From the NCBI GenBank assembly GCA_036443455.1, contig JAZFYI010000051.1, positions 1 to 40,104 on the forward strand: 40,104 bases of DNA. The letters run 5' to 3'. The position numbers were made by a program, and so were the translations under genes. Positions within the stretch are counted from its first letter, which is position 1, and each line of letters starts with the position of its first letter. This stretch comes from Gammaproteobacteria bacterium. GTDB taxonomy: Bacteria; Pseudomonadota; Gammaproteobacteria; Steroidobacterales; MnTg04. Positions 33,180-40,104 of this stretch are shown in pieces. Under the pieces are notes generated by a model that was not told where the DNA came from, ran no database searches, and saw only the letters and a list, made by a program, of their open reading frames with translations.

Positions 33180-34979
33180 ATGGATCGCGAGCGCATCCGT
33201 AATTTTTCCATCATCGCGCATATAGACCACGGCAAGTCCACGATCGCGGATCGGTTTATCCAGATCTGCGGCGGTCTCGATGAACGTGAAATGGCGGACC
33301 AGGTCCTGGATTCCATGGATCTGGAGCGCGAGCGTGGCATAACCATCAAGGCGCAGGCCGTTTCCCTGAACTACCTGGCCGACGATGGCCAGCAATACCT
33401 GCTCAATTTTATCGATACGCCGGGTCATGTTGATTTTTCCTACGAGGTTTCGCGATCGCTGTCGGCCTGCGAAGGCGCTTTGCTGGTGGTCGATGCCGCG
33501 CAGGGTGTCGAGGCCCAGACCGTCGCCAATTGTAATACCGCGCTCGAGCAGGGCCTGGAGGTCGTGCCGGTGCTCAACAAGCTGGATCTGCCATCGGCCG
33601 AACCGGAACGGGTTATCCAGGAAATCGAGGAAATCATCGGCATCGAGGCCGGTGACGCCCTGAAAATCAGTGCAAAGACCGGCGCTGGCGTGCGCGAGGT
33701 ACTCGAGCAATTGCTGGTGAGGGTGCCGCCACCGGGCGGTGATCCGGATGCGCCATTGCAGGCGCTGATTATCGATTCCTGGTTCGATAATTATGTCGGC
33801 GTCGTCTCGCTGGTGCGCATCGTCAATGGCGTGTTGAGAAAAAAAGACAAGTTCATGGTCATGTCGACCGGCAGAAGCCATCAGCTGGATCGTATCGGCC
33901 GGTTTACACCGAAGATGTCGGACACCGGCGAACTGGGACCGGGTGAAGTCGGCTATGTCATTGCCGGGATCAAGGAAGTGCACGGGGCTCCGGTCGGTGA
34001 CACACTGACCCTGGAGAAAAATCCCTGTGCGGAGTCGCTGGTTGGTTTCAAGAAGGTTCAGCCGCGGGTTTTTGCGGGTTTGTTCCCGGTTTCATCGGAC
34101 GATTACGAGAATTTCCGCGATGCGCTCGAAAAACTCGGTCTGAACGACTCGGCGCTGAATTATGAGCCGGAAAACTCGACCGCTCTCGGCTTCGGTTTCC
34201 GTTGCGGGTTTCTCGGCATGCTGCATATGGAGATCATCCAGGAGCGGCTGGAGCGCGAATACGATCTGAACCTGATAACGACTGCACCCACGGTAATCTA
34301 CCAGGTGCTCACCAGCGCAGGGGAAACCTTGCACATCGATAATCCGGCTCGTTTGCCCGAAAGCAACCTGGTCCGCGAGATTCGCGAACCGATTATCGAA
34401 GCAACCATACTGGTACCGCCGGGCCATGTCGGTGCGGTGATTAAACTTTGTGTCGAAAAGCGGGGCGCACAGACCCGCATGCAATACCTCGGCAACCAGA
34501 TTTCGCTGGGCTATGATTTGCCGCTGGCCGAGGTGGTGCTGGATTTTTTCGATCGGCTGAAATCCGTCAGCCGCGGATATGCGTCGTTCGATTATCAGTT
34601 TGCGCGGTTCCAGGCTGCGCCACTGGTCAAGCTGGATATCCAGATCAACAAGGAACGTGTCGATGCGCTGTCGGTTATCGTGCACCGGGACGCCGCTTAT
34701 CGGCGAGGCCGGGAAGTGGTGGACAAGATGCGCGAACTTCTGCCACGGCAGATGTTCGAATTCGCCGTGCAGGCATCGATCGGGAACAAGATAATCGCCA
34801 GTGCGTCGATCCGCGCGCTGAGAAAAAACGTGACCGCAAAATGCTATGGCGGAGACATTACGCGCAAGCGGAAATTGCTGGAAAAACAGAAGGCCGGCAA
34901 GCGGAGAATGAAGCAGATCGGTTCGGTGGAAGTTCCGCAGGAAGCGTTTCTCGCAGTATTGCAGGTGGAGAAGAAATAG
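33180..34979 (+). CDS. lepA: Elongation factor 4 (LepA)
   Basis: [40 protein letters not shown] and [10 protein letters not shown] motifs; alternative in-frame ATG at 33168. Confidence 0.99.
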   Translation: MDRERIRNFSIIAHIDHGKSTIADRFIQICGGLDEREMADQVLDSMDLERERGITIKAQAVSLNYLADDGQQYLLNFIDTPGHVDFSYEVSRSLSACEGALLVVDAAQGVEAQTVANCNTALEQGLEVVPVLNKLDLPSAEPERVIQEIEEIIGIEAGDALKISAKTGAGVREVLEQLLVRVPPPGGDPDAPLQALIIDSWFDNYVGVVSLVRIVNGVLRKKDKFMVMSTGRSHQLDRIGRFTPKMSDTGELGPGEVGYVIAGIKEVHGAPVGDTLTLEKNPCAESLVGFKKVQPRVFAGLFPVSSDDYENFRDALEKLGLNDSALNYEPENSTALGFGFRCGFLGMLHMEIIQERLEREYDLNLITTAPTVIYQVLTSAGETLHIDNPARLPESNLVREIREPIIEATILVPPGHVGAVIKLCVEKRGAQTRMQYLGNQISLGYDLPLAEVVLDFFDRLKSVSRGYASFDYQFARFQAAPLVKLDIQINKERVDALSVIVHRDAAYRRGREVVDKMRELLPRQMFEFAVQASIGNKIIASASIRALRKNVTAKCYGGDITRKRKLLEKQKAGKRRMKQIGSVEVPQEAFLAVLQVEKK

Positions 34980-35015
34980 CCAATACTGCCCCGAATTCAC
35001 GCAGAGGTTGCTTAC

Positions 35016-35786
35016 ATGGTTTTTGATTTTGCCCTGATTTTGTCGATTGCCACGCTGTTTACCGGCATCGTCTGGCTGATTGACGTGCTGGTTTTGCGGC
35101 CCAGGCGGGCAGCCGTCGATGGGTCGGCGAACGAGTCGGTACTGGTCGAGTATTGCCGTACTTTTTTCCCGGTCATCCTTATTGTCCTGCTGGTCCGATC
35201 CTTTCTTTTCGAACCGTTTCGGATTCCTTCCGATTCGATGATGCCAACCTTGCTCGATGGCGATTTCATTTTTGTGAACAAGTACGCATACGGCATACGC
35301 CTGCCGGTGCTAAACAAGAAGATAGTTGAAATCGATGAACCCGAGCGTGGAGATGTGGTGGTATTCCGGTTGCCGGCGGATCCGAGCACGAATTACATCA
35401 AGCGCGTCGTTGGTCTGCCGGGAGATCGTATTGCTTATAGCGCAAACCGGCTGTATATCAACGGCAAACGGATGCCGACAAACATGCGTGGCGCCTACCG
35501 GGAATTTGACTATGAAGCCAACCTCGTGGAGGAGTCGCTCGGTGACAAAGTGCACGAGCTGCTCCTGATGCCGCAGCGACACAGCCGGGAAGGCGAATGG
35601 CGGGTTCCGGAGGGTCATTATTTTGTCATGGGTGACAACCGTGACAACAGCAGGGACAGCCGCTTCCCGGGGGTAGGCGCGATACCCGAATCGCAGCTGG
35701 TTGGACGCGCGGTCAGAATCTGGATGAACTGGAATTTTCCGGAGGATGGACCGCTCTGGAATCGCGTGGGCGAGAGAATAGAGTAG
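35016..35786 (+). CDS. lepB: Signal peptidase I
   Basis: EPFRIPSDSMMPTL, YIKRVVGLPGD and GDNRDNSRDSR motifs. Confidence 0.97.
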   Translation: MVFDFALILSIATLFTGIVWLIDVLVLRPRRAAVDGSANESVLVEYCRTFFPVILIVLLVRSFLFEPFRIPSDSMMPTLLDGDFIFVNKYAYGIRLPVLNKKIVEIDEPERGDVVVFRLPADPSTNYIKRVVGLPGDRIAYSANRLYINGKRMPTNMRGAYREFDYEANLVEESLGDKVHELLLMPQRHSREGEWRVPEGHYFVMGDNRDNSRDSRFPGVGAIPESQLVGRAVRIWMNWNFPEDGPLWNRVGERIE

Positions 35787-35808
35787 TCGTTACGAACAGG
35801 AGAGAGTC

Positions 35809-36177
35809 ATGCGGAACAAACAATATGGAATGACCTTTCTCGGGTTTCTGGTAATTGCGGTGCTTGCGGGCATGCTGGTTTTCGCAGGTCTCCGCCTGAC
35901 GCCTGTGTACCTGGAATACATGAAAATCGTATCGGTCCTCGATGGCGCCAAGAAAGAATTCGATGGTACGCCGGTGGATCTGGCGACGTTGAGGCGCTCC
36001 ATACAGAGACGTTTTGACGTCGAAGCCGTAACGATAATTCGCGTCCAGGATATTCATCTGAGCAAGAGCGACACCGGGGGCTACATATTGCGCGTAAAAT
36101 ACGTACACAAAGCGCCGTATATTGCGAACATCAATTTTATCGTGGATTTCGCCAAGACTGTCGAGATCGTGCGGTGA
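35809..36177 (+). CDS. DUF4845-like pilin-type membrane protein
   Basis: KQYGMT pilin-like N-terminus with a TM segment and PVYLEY; usual position between lepB and rnc. Confidence 0.75.
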   Translation: MRNKQYGMTFLGFLVIAVLAGMLVFAGLRLTPVYLEYMKIVSVLDGAKKEFDGTPVDLATLRRSIQRRFDVEAVTIIRVQDIHLSKSDTGGYILRVKYVHKAPYIANINFIVDFAKTVEIVR

Positions 36178-36860
36178 TACAGACGGCGGATCTGCCGGCC
36201 AAATGGTTAGACAAGAAATTCAATTACCGCTTTTCTGACGACAGTCTGTTCCTGGCTGCGGTAACCCACCGCAGTGCAGCCGGTCACAACAACGAGCGGC
36301 TCGAGTATCTTGGCGATGCGATACTCGGTTTTCTGGTGGCGAAAAATCTCTATCATTTTTTTCCCGGAGCCAGCGAAGGCGAACTGACGCGCCGGCGCGC
36401 GGCGCTCGTGCGCAGGGAAACGCTGGCTGAAATCGCCATCGAACTGGATCTTGGCGCCCAGCTCAGACTGGGTTCGGGTGAACTGAAATCAGGGGGCTAT
36501 CGGCGGGATTCCATACTCGCGGATAGCCTCGAGGCTTTGCTGGGCGCGATATATCTCGATGGCGGGCTGGGCGTGGTCGAAGAAATCATCGATTCACTTT
36601 TTTATCGGCGCATGGTGGATGAGTCGGGCAGCGAGCTCAAGGATCCCAAGACGCGCCTGCAGGAATACCTGCAATCCAGGGGGCTGTCGCTGCCCGTATA
36701 CGAGGTAACGGAGACCCTGGGCCAGGCACACGAGCGGACTTTCCGGGTCAGTTGCAATGCGGCAGATCTCGAGCTGTCGGGATCCGGCACCGGTAGCAGC
36801 AGGCGGCGTGCCGAACAGTGCGCGGCGGTGGTTATCCTGGAAAAAATCGACCATGGCTGA
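36174..36860 (+). CDS. rnc: Ribonuclease III
   Basis: THRS, NERLEYLGDA, EALLGAIYLD and the dsRBD motif DPKTRLQE. Confidence 0.97.
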   Translation: MIQTADLPAKWLDKKFNYRFSDDSLFLAAVTHRSAAGHNNERLEYLGDAILGFLVAKNLYHFFPGASEGELTRRRAALVRRETLAEIAIELDLGAQLRLGSGELKSGGYRRDSILADSLEALLGAIYLDGGLGVVEEIIDSLFYRRMVDESGSELKDPKTRLQEYLQSRGLSLPVYEVTETLGQAHERTFRVSCNAADLELSGSGTGSSRRRAEQCAAVVILEKIDHG

Positions 36861-37746
36861 AGCGTTTCGCTGTGGGTTCGTTGCGCTGGTAGGGCGGCCC
36901 AATGTCGGCAAATCCACGCTGCTAAACCGGCTGGTCGGACAAAAAATCAGCATCGTAACGCCAAAAGCGCAAACCACGAGACACCGTATCCTGGGGATCG
37001 TCACCCGGCCGGATGCGCAGGTGATCCTGGTCGACACGCCAGGTCTGCACCGCAGCGACTCGAGCTATCTGAACCGGCTGATGAACCAGGCGGCGATCGC
37101 GGGGCTCGATGACGCTGACCTGGTCTTGTTCATGACCGAAGCGTTACGCTGGAATGAAAAGGATCAGCGGGTACTGGAAATCCTGCAAAACCGTGATCGG
37201 GACATCATCCTGGTCATCAACAAGATCGACCAGGTTCGCGACAAGCAGCAGTTGCTGCCGCTCATTGCGAAGCTCAGCAAAAAGGCGGATTTCATCGCCA
37301 TCGTGCCGGTGTCCGCGAGGAAATCGATCGGTCTGGACAGTCTCAACGCCGAGATCCTGCCAAGGCTCCCGGTGTCGCCGGCTTTGTTCGACAGCTCGCA
37401 GCTCACCGATCGCAGCCGTGAATTTCGGGCCGCGGAAATTATTCGTGAAAAGTTGATGCTGATGTTGCAGGAGGAAGTACCCTATGGGACGACCGTGCAG
37501 ATCGAGCGCTTCGAAAAGGGCGGCAAGGGCTATGTGATTTCCGCCCTGATCTGGGTCGCGCGGGCGGGACAGAAGAAAATAGTCATCGGGGCCAAAGGCA
37601 GTATGATGAAAAAAATCGGCGCAGCGGCGCGCAAGGATCTGAAGCGCTTTGTCGGGGAACCGGTACACCTGGAACTGTGGGTCAAGGTCAAGGAAAAATG
37701 GGCGGACAATGAAATGGCGCTCAAAAGCATGGGGTATGAGTTGTAG
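36853..37746 (+). CDS. era: GTPase Era
   Basis: GRPNVGKSTL, QTTR, DTPG, NKID and the KH-domain VIGAKG. Confidence 0.97.
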   Translation: MAEAFRCGFVALVGRPNVGKSTLLNRLVGQKISIVTPKAQTTRHRILGIVTRPDAQVILVDTPGLHRSDSSYLNRLMNQAAIAGLDDADLVLFMTEALRWNEKDQRVLEILQNRDRDIILVINKIDQVRDKQQLLPLIAKLSKKADFIAIVPVSARKSIGLDSLNAEILPRLPVSPALFDSSQLTDRSREFRAAEIIREKLMLMLQEEVPYGTTVQIERFEKGGKGYVISALIWVARAGQKKIVIGAKGSMMKKIGAAARKDLKRFVGEPVHLELWVKVKEKWADNEMALKSMGYEL

Positions 37747-38462
37747 TGAGTGATGCACGGCGCGGGCAACTGTATGCTGCGTTTGTACTGCACCAAAGGC
37801 CATACCGGGACAGCAGTCGGATCGTCGATTTGCTGACCGCCGAATTCGGCCGGGTCAGCCTGGTCGCACGGGGTATCCGCTCGCGGCGCGGTAGTCAGGG
37901 GGCGTTGCTGCAGCCGTTTCGGCCATTGCTGGTTGCCTGGTCCGGGCGCAGTGAAATGAAGACCCTGAATTCGGTAGAGCCCTCCGGCGAGTCCTTTGCC
38001 TTGTCCGGGACGGTGCTGTTTTCCGGCTATTATTTGAACGAACTTCTGCTGCGCCTGACCCGGAAACACGATCCTCACCCGGAACTCTTTGCGGTATACC
38101 ACGCCACGCTGGAGCGTCTGCACCGGGGTGAAAATCAATCCCGTGCCCTGAGAATTTTCGAAAAAAGACTGTTGGAGTGCCTGGGTTACGGTTTGAACCT
38201 CGAGCTGACCGACGACGACAGCCACCGGGTGGATGCCGGTCGCCGTTACACTTACCAGGTTGAGCGCGGGCCGCAACTTTCGGTGGCGGAAAATGCGGCC
38301 AGCTACGCCGGCCGTTCGTTGCTGTCACTGGCCTGCGAGGACCTCACGGATGAGCGCAGCCTGCAAGATGCAAGACGTCTCCTGCGCCATACGCTGGATT
38401 TTTACCTCGGCGATAAACCGCTGAAATCGAGGCAGATACTGTATTCTATGCGCTCATGGTAA
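37746..38462 (+). CDS. recO: DNA repair protein RecO
   Basis: [22 protein letters not shown] and LRIFEKRLL motifs; rnc-era-recO synteny. Confidence 0.95.
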   Translation: MSDARRGQLYAAFVLHQRPYRDSSRIVDLLTAEFGRVSLVARGIRSRRGSQGALLQPFRPLLVAWSGRSEMKTLNSVEPSGESFALSGTVLFSGYYLNELLLRLTRKHDPHPELFAVYHATLERLHRGENQSRALRIFEKRLLECLGYGLNLELTDDDSHRVDAGRRYTYQVERGPQLSVAENAASYAGRSLLSLACEDLTDERSLQDARRLLRHTLDFYLGDKPLKSRQILYSMRSW

Positions 38463-39211
38463 CTACCAGTGACAAAAACCCGCATGGCATTTTGCTTGGC
38501 GTCAATATCGATCATGTCGCGACTTTGCGCCAGGCGCGCGGCACCCGCTATCCAGACCCGGTTTATGCGGCGCTGATGGCGGAGCAGGCCGGGGCGGACA
38601 GCATCACATTGCACTTGCGCGAAGACCGGCGGCATATCCAGGATCAGGATCTGGATAACCTCAAAGGCGTGTTGCAAACCCGGATGAACCTGGAAATGGC
38701 GGCGACCGAGGAAATGCTGGATATCGCCGAACGGACCAGGCCGGCCGACTGTTGCCTGGTGCCTGAGCGGCGCGAGGAATTGACCACGGAAGGGGGTCTC
38801 GACGTGTGCGCGCAGGTGGCATTGATCAAGGATGCCTGCGCGCGCCTGCACGCCTATGGCATCAGGACCTCGTTGTTTATCGATCCCGATCAACGGCAGA
38901 TAGAAGCGGCGCGGGAGGCCGGCGCTGAAGTCGTCGAGCTGCACACCGGGACTTACGCGGATAGCGGCGAAGAAGCGCGGCCCGGGGAGTTGCAACGATT
39001 GGTTTCCGCCGCGGCGCAGGCGGCGAACATGGGTCTGACGGTGCATGCCGGTCACGGCCTGCATTATCACAATGTCGCGCCGGTGGCGGCGATCAGGGAA
39101 CTCGCCGAATTGAATATCGGCCACTCGATTATTGCCCGGGCCGTATTCGATGGCCTTGGCACCGCGGTTTCGGAGATGAAACACCTGATGATCGAAGCCC
39201 GTCACAGATGA
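38456..39211 (+). CDS. pdxJ: Pyridoxine 5'-phosphate synthase
   Basis: [32 protein letters not shown] and NIGH motifs. Confidence 0.98.
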   Translation: MVTTSDKNPHGILLGVNIDHVATLRQARGTRYPDPVYAALMAEQAGADSITLHLREDRRHIQDQDLDNLKGVLQTRMNLEMAATEEMLDIAERTRPADCCLVPERREELTTEGGLDVCAQVALIKDACARLHAYGIRTSLFIDPDQRQIEAAREAGAEVVELHTGTYADSGEEARPGELQRLVSAAAQAANMGLTVHAGHGLHYHNVAPVAAIRELAELNIGHSIIARAVFDGLGTAVSEMKHLMIEARHR

Positions 39212-39621
39212 TTTTCGGTATCGGAACCGATCTGCTGAATGCACGGCGGGTGGAGAAGGTTTATCGCCGTTTCGGCGAGCGCTTTGTCGATCGCCTGCTG
39301 TTGCCGGAGGAAAAAAAACAGTTCCGCAAAGTCAAACGCAAGGCCCGCTTTCTGGCCATGCGTTTTGCCGGCAAGGAAGCGGTGGTCAAAGCGATGGGCA
39401 CCGGGTTTGCCCATGGCGTATGGATACGTGATGTCGGCATCGTCCAGGATTCGCGGGGCAAGCCGGAGATTATTTTCTCCGGGCGGGGTCTCGCGGTTTG
39501 CCGGCGGCTGGGTATAGGCGGCGGCTTTGTTTCGCTGAGCGATGAAGACGGCATGGTGCTGGCGATGGCAGTCCTGGTGAAAGACCCGGGTGACCAGGCG
39601 CCTGGAATCCCAAATGCCTGA
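39208..39621 (+). CDS. acpS: Holo-[acyl-carrier-protein] synthase
   Basis: IFGIGTD, RFAGKEA..KA.GTG, GKP and SLSDE motifs. Confidence 0.95.
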   Translation: MIFGIGTDLLNARRVEKVYRRFGERFVDRLLLPEEKKQFRKVKRKARFLAMRFAGKEAVVKAMGTGFAHGVWIRDVGIVQDSRGKPEIIFSGRGLAVCRRLGIGGGFVSLSDEDGMVLAMAVLVKDPGDQAPGIPNA

Positions 39622-40104
39622 TTGCCTCGTGTTCGATATCGAGACCGTACCGGATGTCGACCTGGGCCGCCGGCTGTTGGGACTCGATGGCCTGGCAGAC
39701 GAAGAGATTGCGCAGGCGATGTTTCACCGGCAGGTGGAGAAATCCGGTAATGAATTTCTGCCCCTGCATCAGCACCGGGTCGTGGCCATTGCGGTCGCTT
39801 TGCGCAACCGTTCGGGTTTCAAAGTGTGGAGCCTGGGTGAAGAAGACTCAGACGAAAAAGAGATCATTACGCGGTTTTTCGACGGAATTGAACGATTTAC
39901 GCCGACGATCGTGTCTTGGAATGGTAGTGGTTTCGATTTGCCGGTGCTCCATTATCGCAGCCTGCTGCACGGGGTCAATGCACCCAGGTACTGGGAAACC
40001 GGCGACGAGGACCAGGGTTTCCGCTGGAATAATTACCAGGGTCGTTTCCACTGGCGGCATACCGACCTGATGGATGTCATTTCCGGCTTCCAGCACAGGG
40101 GCCG
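39614..40104 (+). CDS. PolB-related DEDD 3'-5' exonuclease (3'-truncated; absent from the ORF track)
   Basis: Manual translation gives [14 protein letters not shown] (Exo I), VSWNGSGFDLPVL (Exo II) and HTDLMD; the frame is open to the window end. Confidence 0.88.
   Translation, partial: MPDCLVFDIETVPDVDLGRRLLGLDGLADEEIAQAMFHRQVEKSGNEFLPLHQHRVVAIAVALRNRSGFKVWSLGEEDSDEKEIITRFFDGIERFTPTIVSWNGSGFDLPVLHYRSLLHGVNAPRYWETGDEDQGFRWNNYQGRFHWRHTDLMDVISGFQHRG

Noticed and set aside
39654-40070. 138-aa plus-strand ORF in the track
   Set aside because: Wrong frame; the real gene is the exonuclease starting at 39614 and running off the window

Overview
GC-rich gammaproteobacterial core-genome segment with almost no accessory protein genes. 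Gene order: lpxA(partial)-lpxB-rnhB-dnaE-accA-tilS-pyrG-kdsA-eno-ftsB-ispD-ispF-enoyl-CoA isomerase, smr(-), surE-pcm-yqaA-nlpD-rpoS, Mth938-like(-), recJ-prfB(+1 frameshift)-lysS, ygfZ(-), DUF1674-sdhCDAB-sdhE-ygfX, rpoE-rseABC-glutaredoxin-lepA-lepB-DUF4845-rnc-era-recO-pdxJ-acpS-3'-5' exonuclease(partial). The unexplained signal is mostly non-coding. (1) A set of TA-flanked, nested-palindromic MITE-like elements with related ~20-bp terminal inverted repeats sits at operon junctions (kdsA/eno, rseC/glutaredoxin, upstream of lepA, possibly isomerase/smr); one copy lies between the apparent lepA Shine-Dalgarno and its start codon. (2) A structured pyrG leader looks like a CTP-sensing start-site switch coupled to a terminator/anti-SD helix. 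(3) Small coding oddities: a perfect 30-bp duplication of the HhH motif in dnaE, an AT-rich patch in ispF, an A-to-E change in the SdhA covalent-FAD signature, and a 12-bp tandem repeat in rseA. No tRNA, rRNA, CRISPR array or transposase was seen. All calls come from reading motifs and synteny by eye, without database searches.
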